NCBI GenBank assembly: GCA_016930185.1
Contig: JAFGHK010000008.1
Span: 1-53,345 of the forward strand
DNA length: 53,345 bases
Direction of reading: 5' to 3'
Source: Dehalococcoidales bacterium
GTDB lineage: Bacteria > Chloroflexota > Dehalococcoidia > Dehalococcoidales > RBG-16-60-22
The notes beneath the pieces were generated by a model. The model saw nothing but the letters and a program-made list of their open reading frames with translations, did not search any database and was not told the DNA's origin. The position numbers and the translations under genes are program-made. Positions 9,174-19,925 of this stretch are shown here, one piece after another (the stretch's first letter is position 1; each line of letters begins with the position of its first letter).

Positions 9174-10103
9174 ATGAAATATCTTCAGCGGGTAGCGATT
9201 GGTATTCTGGTTGTTATAATCACATTTATTCTTCCTATAATGACCGCCTGTCCCTCACAAGATACAACAAATACAAGCGGTAAACTATTTATCTGGAAGA
9301 TATCATCAGAGACCACTCACATATACCTGTTAGGCTCGGTACATGTTGCCAGCATGGACCTTTATCCTCTGGACGATACCATTGAAAGTGCCTTTAACTC
9401 TGCTGATTATCTTGTAGTAGAAGTGAACACAAATAATCTCACCCAGTTTCATGCCGCTCAATTGCTACTGGATTATGGGACGTATCCTGAGGGGGACGGA
9501 TTCAAGAATCACGTACCGGAAGAACTTTACAACAAACTGGATGAACAATTTAAACAATGGGGTATAGCGATGGCCATGCTGGATGAATATAAACCTTTCG
9601 TGATATACAATTTTATGAGCCAATATATGCTGGAAGGTCTGGGCTATAGTTTTGAATACGGCTTAGATTTGTATTTTATGGATAAAGCTGAAGAAAGTAA
9701 TAAATATATCCTGGAGTTGGAGACATCGGAGTTCCAGCTTTATTTATTGAGTTCCATTCCGGATGAAAATATCATCACGGCCATGGAATACGATATAGAT
9801 AATCCAGAAATAGAAAAATATCTGCACGACCTGTTTACTGCCTGGGTGGACGGAGACGCTGCCGCGATGGAGACAATTGTGTTTGAGGCTCTTGTTGAAG
9901 AGCCTGATATGGGGCCTTATTATGAAATGATGTATGACCAGCGTAACTTCAATATGCTGGAAAAAATCACCGATTACCTGGCCGATGACGAGGTTTATTT
10001 TATCGTTGTGGGCGCCGGACACCTGGTTGGTGAAAACGGCTTGCTTAACCTGTTGGACGATGTGGGGTATGAAGTGGAACAGCTAGAAAGAAGCGGCAGC
10101 TAG
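9174..10103 (+). CDS. TraB/GumN family protein, probable lipoprotein
   Basis: IWKI...YLLGSVH, GLD, LETxxFQ, RNxNM, VGAGHL. Signal peptide ending MTA-C. AGGAGG RBS. Confidence 0.88.
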   Translation: MKYLQRVAIGILVVIITFILPIMTACPSQDTTNTSGKLFIWKISSETTHIYLLGSVHVASMDLYPLDDTIESAFNSADYLVVEVNTNNLTQFHAAQLLLDYGTYPEGDGFKNHVPEELYNKLDEQFKQWGIAMAMLDEYKPFVIYNFMSQYMLEGLGYSFEYGLDLYFMDKAEESNKYILELETSEFQLYLLSSIPDENIITAMEYDIDNPEIEKYLHDLFTAWVDGDAAAMETIVFEALVEEPDMGPYYEMMYDQRNFNMLEKITDYLADDEVYFIVVGAGHLVGENGLLNLLDDVGYEVEQLERSGS

Positions 10104-12454
10104 CTGGTTTCTTCTTCTCTGTCCTCTTCTTCATCCAGGCTTTCGATAAAGGAGTCACCGACGTACTCGTCTTTTTCCTGCGCTAAAACGGCGTCAAGCT
10201 GTTCTTTAAGACGGGCGGCGCGCGGGTAGCCGATATGAAGTCGGCGCTGCAGGAAAGAAGTGGATACTTCTTCATGCTGCCTGGCAAGCTCTTTGGCCTG
10301 TTCCAGTAGGGGGTCGCGGGGATGCCCGCCGATAGTCCCTGAAGGCGCAGCAGCTACCAGTGTCTCCATCTTGAGCCTATCCGGTTCTTCCTTCCTCTGA
10401 CCGCCCCAGAAATAGACTAGGCGCTCTATCTCGGGGTCGGAAAGGAAGCATCCCTGTAAGCGCTTGGGCTTGGCGGCCTCGGTGGGCATGTAAAGCATAT
10501 CGCCGCGTCCTAGGAGCTTCTCCGCGCCGGCGCCATCGAGAATGGTACGCGAGTCCACCTGCGAGGTAACGGCGAAGCTGATACGGGTAGGGAAATTGGC
10601 TTTTATAAGGCCGGTAACTACATCTACTGAAGGACGCTGTGTGGCCACGACCAGGTGGATGCCGGTGGCTCGGGCAAGCTGGGCCAGGCGGCATAGGTTT
10701 GTTTCAACTTCGTCGTATCCGGCCATCATCAGGTCGGCCAGTTCATCGATAACCAGGACGAGATATGGCATTTTATCGGTGCCTTCTTTGTCTTTATTAT
10801 AGCCTTCGATATGACGAGCGCCGGCAGTTGCCAACTTCCTGTACCGCTGTTCCATTTCCTGGCAGAGCCAGCGTAAAGCATTTAAGGCCTTATCTATATC
10901 AACGATGACGGGTGTAGCCATATGGGGAATGCTGTTGTACTGTGTCAACTCCACCCTCTTGGGGTCGATGAGGATAAAGCGGATATCGTTGGGGGTATTG
11001 TTCATCATAAGACAGCAGATGATGGTGTTTAAACAGACCGTCTTGCCGCTGCCCGTCGCCCCGGCTATAAGCAGGTGGGGCATCTTGGTCAAATCGGCGG
11101 CGATAGATTCGCCTCCGGCCCCCTTACCCAGTGCTAGAGCCATACTGGTCTTGCTTAACAGCTTCTGGAAAGCGCTGGTCTCGACAACTCCGCGCAGGCT
11201 GACCATATCCGAGGTCATGTTCGGTACTTCCACGCCGATATATGATTTACCCGGCACAGGCGCTTCTATCCTGATTGTAGGGGCAGCCAGTGCCAGTGCT
11301 AGGTCGTTGGCCAAAGAATTAATCCTCTCCACCTTTACCCTGGTCCTGGATATTTCCTCTCTCCGTACCTGTATATTGCCGTCGCGGTCTCTTTCTTTAA
11401 TTTCTTTATACTTAATGTCCCAGCCGGGCTCCACGCCGAACTGGGTGACCGTAGGCCCGGCATTAATCTGAACCACCTTGGAGTTCACGCCGTAGCTGGC
11501 AAGAGTATCTTCTATAAGACTGGCCCTTTGCAGATTATCTGCTTCGCTGAACTGTACTTCGGGTGATGTGTCCAGGATATCGATAGGCGGCAGCTGCCAC
11601 CCGTCGATTTCCACGAGATCGCCGGACTGACCGTATTTCTTCCAGACATCGGTGGCTACCTGGCGTAGCCCCTGGTCGGTCGGCACAATATCAGCAGATT
11701 TGGCAGCCTTCTTTAATTCGGCGGCTTTTTCAGCAGCTTCTATCAGTCTTTTGGTCGATTTTGATATCTCCGGCGGGACTAGCGGTTGCTCCATATCAGA
11801 AGGCAGGGCCGGCTTGCTTTCGTAGGAGGGCCGCGGGTGAATTACGCGCGGCTGCTGCCTGTCCTGAACAGGAGCTTTAGGCGTTGGTTTTGCCATGATG
11901 AACTGATAGAACCAGTTGAGGCATTTCTTTAGAACATTTAAACTCTCGCGGGGCAGCATGAAAACAGTGCCGGCAAGAGCGTAACCTAAAACACATAGTA
12001 TCCCCAGAAAGGTACTCAATGAGTCTGTACCGAGATTACCCACAATCGTTTTACCGAAACTGCCCCCCAGGCCGTTAGGTGTAAGCAGGTTCTGGTACTG
12101 TATCAAGCCCAGTACGCCCCACGCGGCTAGGACAAAGAAAATACTGCCTATCCAGCGGTTCCAGTATTTTAAAATAACGTAGAGTCTGCGGCGCCAGCCA
12201 AGCGCGACCAGGGAAATAATCAAAACGGCAAAAAACACCAGTCCCCACCCGATAGCCTCGAAAACATCTAGGAAAAAGTCGTTTACCTCACTATGGAAGA
12301 CGGCCACCAGCGCCACGATGACAAAGAGGACAACCAGGTACCAGAACGGTCTGGAAGTGAAAAACCGGTAAGTGCTTCCACCGGACGTCCCTCGTCTCGA
12401 AGGATTATTCCTGGTGCGGGACTTTAATTTATCCATCGGGTTTTTTCTGCGCAT
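10100..12454 (-). CDS. ftsK: DNA translocase FtsK
   Basis: N-terminal TMs, PHLLIAGATGSGKT, IDPKRVEL, IDELADLMM, ATQRPSVDV, C-terminal gamma domain LQRRLHIGYPRAAR. Confidence 0.97.
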   Translation of the reverse strand: MRRKNPMDKLKSRTRNNPSRRGTSGGSTYRFFTSRPFWYLVVLFVIVALVAVFHSEVNDFFLDVFEAIGWGLVFFAVLIISLVALGWRRRLYVILKYWNRWIGSIFFVLAAWGVLGLIQYQNLLTPNGLGGSFGKTIVGNLGTDSLSTFLGILCVLGYALAGTVFMLPRESLNVLKKCLNWFYQFIMAKPTPKAPVQDRQQPRVIHPRPSYESKPALPSDMEQPLVPPEISKSTKRLIEAAEKAAELKKAAKSADIVPTDQGLRQVATDVWKKYGQSGDLVEIDGWQLPPIDILDTSPEVQFSEADNLQRASLIEDTLASYGVNSKVVQINAGPTVTQFGVEPGWDIKYKEIKERDRDGNIQVRREEISRTRVKVERINSLANDLALALAAPTIRIEAPVPGKSYIGVEVPNMTSDMVSLRGVVETSAFQKLLSKTSMALALGKGAGGESIAADLTKMPHLLIAGATGSGKTVCLNTIICCLMMNNTPNDIRFILIDPKRVELTQYNSIPHMATPVIVDIDKALNALRWLCQEMEQRYRKLATAGARHIEGYNKDKEGTDKMPYLVLVIDELADLMMAGYDEVETNLCRLAQLARATGIHLVVATQRPSVDVVTGLIKANFPTRISFAVTSQVDSRTILDGAGAEKLLGRGDMLYMPTEAAKPKRLQGCFLSDPEIERLVYFWGGQRKEEPDRLKMETLVAAAPSGTIGGHPRDPLLEQAKELARQHEEVSTSFLQRRLHIGYPRAARLKEQLDAVLAQEKDEYVGDSFIESLDEEEDREEETS

Positions 12455-12467
12455 AAGTCTCCTGCCG

Positions 12468-14129
12468 TTAGACCTTTACCATGAACGGGAGAATCATGGG
12501 GCGGCGCTTGGTGCGTTCGTAATAGAACTTATCTAAAGCATCTCTAACCTTGGTGTTTATGAAACTCCACTCGGTGACACGACTGCCGCTGTGGTCGAAC
12601 GTTTTCATCAGGAGTTCGCGGCTCTCTTCTATCATTTTAGCGGACTCTCTGGTATCAATAAAGCCACGCGTAACGATATCGGGTCTACCCACCAGTTTGC
12701 CGCTCTGCCGGTTTACGGCGATTATTACGACGACGATGCCGTCGCGGGAAAGCATCTTTCTGGTGCGGAGTACGACCCCTCCGATATCACCGACGCTTAA
12801 ACCGTCCACATACACGTGCCCCGACGTCACCTTACCGTTTTTTTTCGCGGCATTGGCATTAACCTCGAGGATATCGCCGTCTTCCAGAACGAAGATATTC
12901 TCCGGTGGAATACCCACCGATTCTGCCAATCGGGCGTGCAGGCTAAGGTGACGGTACTCGCCGTGGACAGGAGCGAAAAATTTTGGTTTTACCAGACTCA
13001 AAATAAGCTTGAGTTCTTCCTGACTGCCGTGACCGTGGACATGAACCTGCCCAAGTTTGCTGTAGATAACACTGGCGCCTTGCCTGAACAGATTGTCAAC
13101 AGTCCTGTTTACCAGCGACTCATTACCGGGGACAGGTGTCGCTGAAAGGATTATGGTATCACCACGCTGAATGTGAACGTGTTTATGGTCACGGTTGGCC
13201 ATTCGTACCAAAGCTGAAGTCGGTTCTCCTTGGCTGCCGGTTGTAACCAGCACGATTTTATTGGCAGGTAAACCTTTGATTTCTTCAATTCTACCCAGGA
13301 TGCCATTGGGAGCGTTTAAATAACCCAATTCCAAGGAAATACGCACCGTCTCGGTCATGCTCCGCCCGACTACGAAAACACGCCGCTGGTGCTTGGCGGC
13401 GGCATCTATAACCTGTTGAATACGTGAAATAAGCGAAGAGAAGGTGGTTACAATAACCCTGCCCGGGGCGTTTGCAATGAAATGCTCCAGTGATTCCCCG
13501 ACCGACTGCTCGGAAGGGGTATAACCGGGCAATTCGGCATAGGTGGAATCGGAGAGGAGGAGCAATACTCCTTTTGCCCCCAGCTGGGCCAAGCGCGAGA
13601 GGTCGGTAGGTCTGCCGCTGACGGGTGTGTGGTCGATTTTAAAGTCGCCGCTGTGAATCACCACCCCTTCGGGCGTGTGGATGATAATACCGGAAGCATC
13701 GGGGATGCTGTGGCACACGGGGAATAGCTCAATGCGGAATTTACCCAGCGTAATCTGCTGTCCGTGATTTAGTATTTTAAGATTAACTCCCTGGCGGGTC
13801 TTCCTTTCCTTTAGCTTGACGCGGATAAGACCGTTGGTGAGTTTTGTGGAATAGACCGGCACATTGTCAAGCTGCGGCAGTATATAGGGCAGGGCGCCGA
13901 TGTGGTCTTCATGGCCGTGGGTGATGATGATTCCCCTGACTTTTCCTTTTCTCTCGCTAACGTAGGTGAAGTCTGGAATTACCAGGTCGATGCCGAGCAT
14001 TTCTTCTTCTGGGAACATCAGGCCGGCGTCGATGACGATGATGTCGTTTTCATATTCAAGCACCATCATGTTTTTGCCGATTTCTCCCAGTCCCCCGAGG
14101 GGAATAATTTTTAGTTTTGATTTAGGCAT
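12468..14129 (-). CDS. rnj: Ribonuclease J
   Basis: PLGGLGEIGKN, THGHEDHIG, HSIPD, GDFKID, TGSQGEP, PVHGEYRH, RRPMILP. Confidence 0.97.
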   Translation of the reverse strand: MPKSKLKIIPLGGLGEIGKNMMVLEYENDIIVIDAGLMFPEEEMLGIDLVIPDFTYVSERKGKVRGIIITHGHEDHIGALPYILPQLDNVPVYSTKLTNGLIRVKLKERKTRQGVNLKILNHGQQITLGKFRIELFPVCHSIPDASGIIIHTPEGVVIHSGDFKIDHTPVSGRPTDLSRLAQLGAKGVLLLLSDSTYAELPGYTPSEQSVGESLEHFIANAPGRVIVTTFSSLISRIQQVIDAAAKHQRRVFVVGRSMTETVRISLELGYLNAPNGILGRIEEIKGLPANKIVLVTTGSQGEPTSALVRMANRDHKHVHIQRGDTIILSATPVPGNESLVNRTVDNLFRQGASVIYSKLGQVHVHGHGSQEELKLILSLVKPKFFAPVHGEYRHLSLHARLAESVGIPPENIFVLEDGDILEVNANAAKKNGKVTSGHVYVDGLSVGDIGGVVLRTRKMLSRDGIVVVIIAVNRQSGKLVGRPDIVTRGFIDTRESAKMIEESRELLMKTFDHSGSRVTEWSFINTKVRDALDKFYYERTKRRPMILPFMVKV

Positions 14130-14134
14130 ATAGT

Positions 14135-14737
14135 TTAAACCTCGAACATATTAAGTTGTTGTGGCGGTGGTTCTTCTTCCTTTACTTGGTTAATCTCTGC
14201 CATAAGCTTGGGGATTTTCTGCATATCGGCTTCTATCTCATTACGCAGGCTTTGCTGGTGTAAAGCCGCTGCCGGATGATACATGGCAAGATAAATAATG
14301 CCGTCCCGCTTTACCGCCGTCCCGTGTATTTTACTGATACTCTTACCCGGGAAATACCTAGCCATAGAATAGCGCCCCAGTGTAACAATCATTTTTGGCT
14401 TGATAATTTCAATCTGCTTGTCGAGCCATTCTCGGCAGTTCTGGATTTCCGTGGGCAGGGGGTCGCGGTTATCGGGGGGACGGCACTTGATGACATTGGC
14501 GATATATACCTGCTGGCGGTTCAGGTTAATGGAGAGGAGCAGTCTATCCAGGTACTGGCCTGCCTGCCCCACGAACGGACGTCCCTGCTGGTCCTCGTGC
14601 CAGCCGGGCGCCTCGCCGATGAACAGAATATCAGAGTCATCTGCCCCTTCGCCGGGAACGACTTTAGTGCGTAATCTGGAAATATCGCATTTATGGCAGA
14701 GGGCTATTTGCTGATAGAGTTCAGTCAGTGTGGACAT
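14135..14737 (-). CDS. Uracil-DNA glycosylase, family 4 (Fe-S)
   Basis: CxxC, GEAPG, GRPFVG, KCRPPxNR, YHPAA. Confidence 0.95.
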   Translation of the reverse strand: MSTLTELYQQIALCHKCDISRLRTKVVPGEGADDSDILFIGEAPGWHEDQQGRPFVGQAGQYLDRLLLSINLNRQQVYIANVIKCRPPDNRDPLPTEIQNCREWLDKQIEIIKPKMIVTLGRYSMARYFPGKSISKIHGTAVKRDGIIYLAMYHPAAALHQQSLRNEIEADMQKIPKLMAEINQVKEEEPPPQQLNMFEV

Positions 14738-14863
14738 CTCGGTAGTCTCTGCAAGTATGATAACACCGTGAATATGTCAAGTCAATTGATATACGGTGAT
14801 TTCGTGATATCGAAAACGGCGTTGTCAACAGGTAAAATTGTGTCCTCAAGAAGCTATGACTGA

Positions 14864-16459
14864 TTACAGCGCCACCAGCTTTACGGAATAGACGTCAGGG
14901 ATAGCCAGAATCTGCCGCTGGGCTTTTTCCGGCAGTGGCTCGTCCAGGTTAAGCACCAGCAGCGCCTGACCTCTAGGCTTGAGGCGACCGAGATGCATCG
15001 AGCTGATGTTTACGTTGGCATCGCCGGTAATCTTACCCACCGCCCCGATGAATCCGGGCCTATCCCGGTGGTCGCTGAACAGGAAGTATGAGTCGGGTGT
15101 CGGCACGATATCCAACCAGTAGTCTTTGATACGCACGATGTGCGCTTCATTATGCATAATCGTACCAGCTACCGCCCAGACTCCCTCTGTAGTGGTTATT
15201 TCCACGGTGAGGAGGCTGGCGTAGTTTGCGCAAGTGGCTTCCTTTTCCTCGACAATCGTCAGGCCGCGCTTGGCGGCAATGACGTTGTAGTTCACTATAT
15301 TTACCCTTTCTTCACTGAATCCCTCAAGTATTCCCCCGATAACAGCCGCCTTAATCGGGTTGGTATCGTAGTTAGCGATATCACCGTTGTACTTGATGCG
15401 GATTGTCTTTGACTGCCCCCCGGCGAGTTTATAAACTAATTTGCATAGAGAATTGGCCAATTTCAGGTACGGTTCCAGTACCGTCAGCGTTTCCGACGTT
15501 ATATAGGGGACGTTGATAGCTGCTCTTGCGGGCAGGCCCTGGAAAATATCGACTATCTGCTCAGCGACGTCCCTGGCGGCCAGCACCTGGGCTTCCGTAG
15601 TGGAGGCGCCGAGATGGGGTGTCACGATTATTCTGTCCTCGCTGAAAAGGACACTATCGGTGCAAGGCTCTTTCTCGAAAACATCGACAGCTGCTCCGGC
15701 GACCTTTTTATCCTGTATCGCTTTGACCAGCGCGTTGTCATCGATAAGACCGCCCCGTGCGCAGTTAACAATGCGGAGGTTGGGCTTGACCATAGCCAGT
15801 TCCTTAGCGCCGATATACCCCTTGGTCTGGGGTGTCAGGGGGATGTGTAGGGTGATGAAGTCCGACTCCTTGAGTAGTTTTTTCATATCCACAAGTTTTA
15901 CACCGATCTTCTTGGCGTATTCGACGGATACGAGGGGATCGGTTCCGATAAGCCTCATCTCAAATGCCTGCGCCCGCTTGGCCACCTCTGACCCCACGTT
16001 GCCCAGCCCGATGATGCCCAGGGTCTTGCCTCTTAATTCCGTTCCCATGAATTCGCTGCGCTTCCAGGCGCAGCTTTTCAGTGATGTGTTGGCCTGTGGA
16101 ATGTTGCGCGCCAGCGCCAGTATTAAAGCTATCGCATGTTCCGCGGCGGACACTGTATTTCCGGTGGGCGCGTTGATAACCACGATGCCGCAGCGTGTCG
16201 CCGCTTCTACATCTACGTTATCGATGCCCACGCCGGCCCGGGCGATAACCTGGAGGTTCTTGCCTGCCTCGATGATAGCGGCGGTGACTTTGGTCTGACT
16301 GCGTACAATCAGCGCGTCGTACTCGCCGATAATCGCAGTGATTTCCTCAGGTTTCAGTCCGGCCTTAATATCAACCTGTGCTTTTTTCAGCAGGACCTCG
16401 ATCCCCTCTTTTGAAATAGGGTCGGTTACCAGTACCTTCTTTCGCTTTTTATCCGCCAT
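14864..16459 (-). CDS. serA: D-3-phosphoglycerate dehydrogenase (long form with ASB/ACT domains)
   Basis: RAGVGIDNVD, GLGNVG, NCARGG, TPHLGAST, C-terminal DRPG...NISSM ACT domain. Confidence 0.96.
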   Translation of the reverse strand: MADKKRKKVLVTDPISKEGIEVLLKKAQVDIKAGLKPEEITAIIGEYDALIVRSQTKVTAAIIEAGKNLQVIARAGVGIDNVDVEAATRCGIVVINAPTGNTVSAAEHAIALILALARNIPQANTSLKSCAWKRSEFMGTELRGKTLGIIGLGNVGSEVAKRAQAFEMRLIGTDPLVSVEYAKKIGVKLVDMKKLLKESDFITLHIPLTPQTKGYIGAKELAMVKPNLRIVNCARGGLIDDNALVKAIQDKKVAGAAVDVFEKEPCTDSVLFSEDRIIVTPHLGASTTEAQVLAARDVAEQIVDIFQGLPARAAINVPYITSETLTVLEPYLKLANSLCKLVYKLAGGQSKTIRIKYNGDIANYDTNPIKAAVIGGILEGFSEERVNIVNYNVIAAKRGLTIVEEKEATCANYASLLTVEITTTEGVWAVAGTIMHNEAHIVRIKDYWLDIVPTPDSYFLFSDHRDRPGFIGAVGKITGDANVNISSMHLGRLKPRGQALLVLNLDEPLPEKAQRQILAIPDVYSVKLVAL

Positions 16460-16478
16460 AGGACTATCCTTTTAAGAA

Positions 16479-17570
16479 TTATTTTTTGAATCCGGCTATT
16501 GGCAGCGTTTTTTGTATTGCTGTCAGTATCTCTTTTATGTCCTTTTCATCTACAAGGCCGAGATGACCAATGCGGAATATCTTGCCTTTTAGGGTCTGCT
16601 GTCCTCCCGCCAGAACAACCTTGTATTGCTCCCGCAGGACCTGGCGGAATTTATTAACGTCCATACCAGCCGGAACACTCACGGCGGTAACTGTGTTAGA
16701 AGCATAGGCCGGGTCGGCAAATAGCGGGAGCCCCAGGTTTTTTATGCCCTCGCGTGTCATATTCCCGATGCGTTCGTGCCGGGCAAAAACATTATGGATT
16801 CCCTCTTTCAGCATCATCTTAAGGGCGACGGTAAGTCCGTAAACCACGGATAACGCCGGCGTCCAGGGGTTTTCCTTCTTTTCATCATACATATTCTTTG
16901 CCCTTACAAAATCCCAGTAGAAATTGGGCATTTCCGCCGACTCGCGGGCTTTCCATGCCTCCGGGCTGACGCTGACCATCGCCAGGCCGGGCGGGACCAT
17001 CCAGCCCTTTTGCGAGGCGGTAATCACAACATCGCACCTCAGCTCATCAACGGGAAGGTTAATAGAACCAAGGCTGCTTATGGCATCCACAATAAGCAGC
17101 TTGCCGGAACCCTTAACGACCTTGCTTATGGCTTTAAGGTCGTTGGTTACGCCGGTGGAAGTCTCGTTATGTGTGACCATCACGGCTTTAATGTCGGGAT
17201 TGTCTCTAATCGCTTTCTCTATAACACCGGGGTCGGCAGCTTTGCCCCACTCCACTTTGTAAGAGAGAACGTCCGCTCCGAAGGTGGCGGCTATATTGGC
17301 AAAGCGGTCGCCAAAAACACCGATAGAGACAGATAAGACCTTATCACCGGGCGATAGCGCATTGACGATAGCAGCTTCCAGGCCGCCAGTGCCGGACCCG
17401 GTTAAAATCAGTACATCGTTCTTGGTCTGGAATATTTTTTTCAGGTTCTCGGTCACTTCGGCAAGCATCGCGTGGAATTCAGGGCCGCGGTGGTTGACCA
17501 TCTGCCACGCCATGGCCTTAAGGACCTCTGGCGGGCACGGAGTAGGGCCGGGAACGCGTAACTGTGTCAT
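16479..17570 (-). CDS. Class V PLP aminotransferase (alanine-glyoxylate/serine-pyruvate type)
   Basis: PGPT, HRG, GSGTGGLE, HNETSTG, DAISS, SQKGWMVPPG, FRIGHLG. Confidence 0.93.
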   Translation of the reverse strand: MTQLRVPGPTPCPPEVLKAMAWQMVNHRGPEFHAMLAEVTENLKKIFQTKNDVLILTGSGTGGLEAAIVNALSPGDKVLSVSIGVFGDRFANIAATFGADVLSYKVEWGKAADPGVIEKAIRDNPDIKAVMVTHNETSTGVTNDLKAISKVVKGSGKLLIVDAISSLGSINLPVDELRCDVVITASQKGWMVPPGLAMVSVSPEAWKARESAEMPNFYWDFVRAKNMYDEKKENPWTPALSVVYGLTVALKMMLKEGIHNVFARHERIGNMTREGIKNLGLPLFADPAYASNTVTAVSVPAGMDVNKFRQVLREQYKVVLAGGQQTLKGKIFRIGHLGLVDEKDIKEILTAIQKTLPIAGFKK

Positions 17571-17596
17571 TTTTTCTCCTTGAGTATTATTTTATA

Positions 17597-18838
17597 TTAA
17601 ATAGTTTTTAAATAACGTCTTTTACCGACTTTTATTATTACACCCTTGTTCACGGATTCATTAAAGTCATCTATTTTTTTACCGTCCGAGGTTACGGCAC
17701 CCTGTTTAATCAGGCGTACCGCTTCACTGCGGCTAGCTGTTAAACCAGAATCCACGAGAAGCTGGCTGATGGTAATTCCAGGCTCGATGCGGTACTCTTC
17801 TACCTCATCTGGTATTTCTTTTTTTTGAACGGTTTTCTCAAAATGTTCCTCCGCCGTACGGGCATCTTTAGCGCTGTAAAACCGGGTAACAAATTCTCTT
17901 GCCAGGCGCTTTTTAAGGGACATGGGGTTAACGCCTCTTTCTATCTGCTGTTTAAATTTCACCAGCTCTTCGTCCGGGACATCGGTCAACATCTCGAAGT
18001 ACTGCATGAGAATGCTATCGGGGATGGACATCGTTTTTCCGTAGATTTCCTCCGGCGGCTCGGCGATGCCGATATAGTTACCGCGACTCTTGCTCATTCT
18101 GTCATTGCCGTCTGTGCCCACCAGTACCGGGTAGGTCAAGCACACCTGCGGCTTTTGCCCGAATGCTTCCTGCAGCCTGCGGCCCGCCATCAGGTTAAAA
18201 AGCTGCTCCGTGGCTCCCAGCTGGACATCTGTCTTTAGATGAACGGCATCATAGCCCTGCGCCAGCGCGTAGAGCAGCTCACGCAGCCAGATTGGATCGC
18301 CTTTGTCCAGACGATTTCGTATCCTGTCGCGGGCAATGAACTGCTGCACGGTAAAGCAGGAGGCCATACTGATAACGTCGGTAAAGGTCAGCTTGCTTAG
18401 CCAATCGTAATTATATTTAATAGAAGTCTTCTTTTTATCCAGTATTTTAAAAGCCTGCTCGGCGTAGGTCCTGGCGTTTTTCATAACCCTTTCCTTTAAC
18501 GCTACCACCCGCGCTTCGTCGCGGTCACTGGGGTCGCCGATGAGCGTGGTAAAAGTGCCGATAACAAAAGTCACATCATGCCCGAAGTCCTGGAACTGGC
18601 GTAATTTATTCATGGGGATGGTATGCCCCAGGTGGAGGTCGGGGGCAGTTACATCGAAGCCGCAATAGACACGCAGCGGCCGTCCTTCCTTTTGAGCTTC
18701 AATCAGCCGCTGCCGCAGCTCTTTGGCCATCTGTTCTTTTATCTGAAGGTCACCGAACTCGGAACCGCGCATGTAAGTGGCAACCTGTTTATCTATTGGG
18801 TCCACTGCGGATACTCCTGAAGCTTTTACTCTAGCCAT
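17597..18838 (-). CDS. tyrS: Tyrosine--tRNA ligase
   Basis: GFDVTAPDLHLGH (HIGH), QGYD, RMSKS (KMSKS), C-terminal S4 domain ending VGKRR. Confidence 0.97.
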   Translation of the reverse strand: MARVKASGVSAVDPIDKQVATYMRGSEFGDLQIKEQMAKELRQRLIEAQKEGRPLRVYCGFDVTAPDLHLGHTIPMNKLRQFQDFGHDVTFVIGTFTTLIGDPSDRDEARVVALKERVMKNARTYAEQAFKILDKKKTSIKYNYDWLSKLTFTDVISMASCFTVQQFIARDRIRNRLDKGDPIWLRELLYALAQGYDAVHLKTDVQLGATEQLFNLMAGRRLQEAFGQKPQVCLTYPVLVGTDGNDRMSKSRGNYIGIAEPPEEIYGKTMSIPDSILMQYFEMLTDVPDEELVKFKQQIERGVNPMSLKKRLAREFVTRFYSAKDARTAEEHFEKTVQKKEIPDEVEEYRIEPGITISQLLVDSGLTASRSEAVRLIKQGAVTSDGKKIDDFNESVNKGVIIKVGKRRYLKTI

Positions 18839-19787
18839 TCTTTTCTACTCCCGTTGAATCGAGGATGGCTTTTCCCCTGATAATATCTTCGGAGACCTGT
18901 TTTTGCAACTCATCGATATTATCAAACTTCTTTTCTTCACGGATACGGGAAATAACATCCAGCTGCAGGTCGGTGCCGTATAAATCGCCGTGATAATCGA
19001 TGAGATGTGCTTCTATCGTTCGTTTATTGACGCCGAAAGTAGGATTTTTACCGATATTTATCATGGACTGGTAAACGTTTCCATTAAGATAAGCCCGGCC
19101 GGCATAAACGCCGTCGGGGGGCAGCACATGCTCTGACGCTACTTCCAGGTTGGCGGTAGGAAAACCTAGGCTTACGCCGCGTCCGTACCCGGTGACAACC
19201 TTGCCTGTAATGTCAAATGGCCTTCCCATAAGCTCGCTGACTTTCACCATATCACCTGCCGCCAGCGCCTTACGAATCGTGGTGCTGCTGACCGTCTCTC
19301 CGTTTATTTTTAGCGGAGGCACTATAATAACATCAAAGTTCATGCTTGTACTTAGTTTTCTAAGATTTTCCGTATCGCCTTCTCGTTCCTTGCCGAGTGC
19401 AAAGTCCTCGCCTATCACCAGCCCACGCATTTTCAGGTATTTTTGCAGGAGCACAATGAACTCGCGGGCGCTTAGCTGCGCCAGTTCCGGGGTAAACGAT
19501 AGGGGAACCACCATCGTCACACCTTCCTGCTTGAGCAGCTTGAGCCTCTCCTCTATGTCCGTTAGAAAGGGAAGCTTGTTGCGGTGTGACAGCAGCCTCT
19601 CCGGATTATGCCGGAAGGTGACCACACCGGATACCATTTTCCGTGTTTTCGACTGTTTCAGCAGCTCGGCCAGCAGCAATTTATGACCGAGATGCACTCC
19701 GTCAAAAACACCGATAGTAAGAACGGACTCTTTATCGGAAGAAAATCGGGCTAGCTCTTCCTCGACCAGCACGCCTCTACTCCTCAC
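18831..19787 (-). CDS. ribF: Bifunctional riboflavin kinase/FAD synthetase
   Basis: GVFDGVHLGH, VSSTTIR, GRxxxGFPTAN, GVYA, IREEKKF. Confidence 0.96.
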   Translation of the reverse strand: MRSRGVLVEEELARFSSDKESVLTIGVFDGVHLGHKLLLAELLKQSKTRKMVSGVVTFRHNPERLLSHRNKLPFLTDIEERLKLLKQEGVTMVVPLSFTPELAQLSAREFIVLLQKYLKMRGLVIGEDFALGKEREGDTENLRKLSTSMNFDVIIVPPLKINGETVSSTTIRKALAAGDMVKVSELMGRPFDITGKVVTGYGRGVSLGFPTANLEVASEHVLPPDGVYAGRAYLNGNVYQSMINIGKNPTFGVNKRTIEAHLIDYHGDLYGTDLQLDVISRIREEKKFDNIDELQKQVSEDIIRGKAILDSTGVEKNG

Positions 19788-19856
19788 GCCGTCACTGATT
19801 CCTTAGGCATTATTTGAGTATAATACCCTGCGGGAACAGGTCGGCTAATCACTTAA

Positions 19857-19885
19857 ATGTTATCATATGCCCAGATAGGCGTCAA
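19857..19885 (-). promoter_or_regulatory. Sigma70-type promoter for ribF-tyrS-aminotransferase-serA
   Basis: TTGACG-17nt-TAACAT with extended TG. Confidence 0.55.
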
Positions 19886-19925
19886 ACGTAAAATAACATG
19901 GATACAGTCGTAGAGATGGTGCCCG

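Noticed and set aside
10097-10106. CAGCTAGCTG palindrome holding the overlapping stops of traB and ftsK
   Set aside because: Overlapping convergent TAG stops create CTAG automatically, and there is no evidence of further function.
15513-16298. 261-aa ORF antisense to serA
   Set aside because: In-register shadow of a conserved dehydrogenase with no independent motifs.
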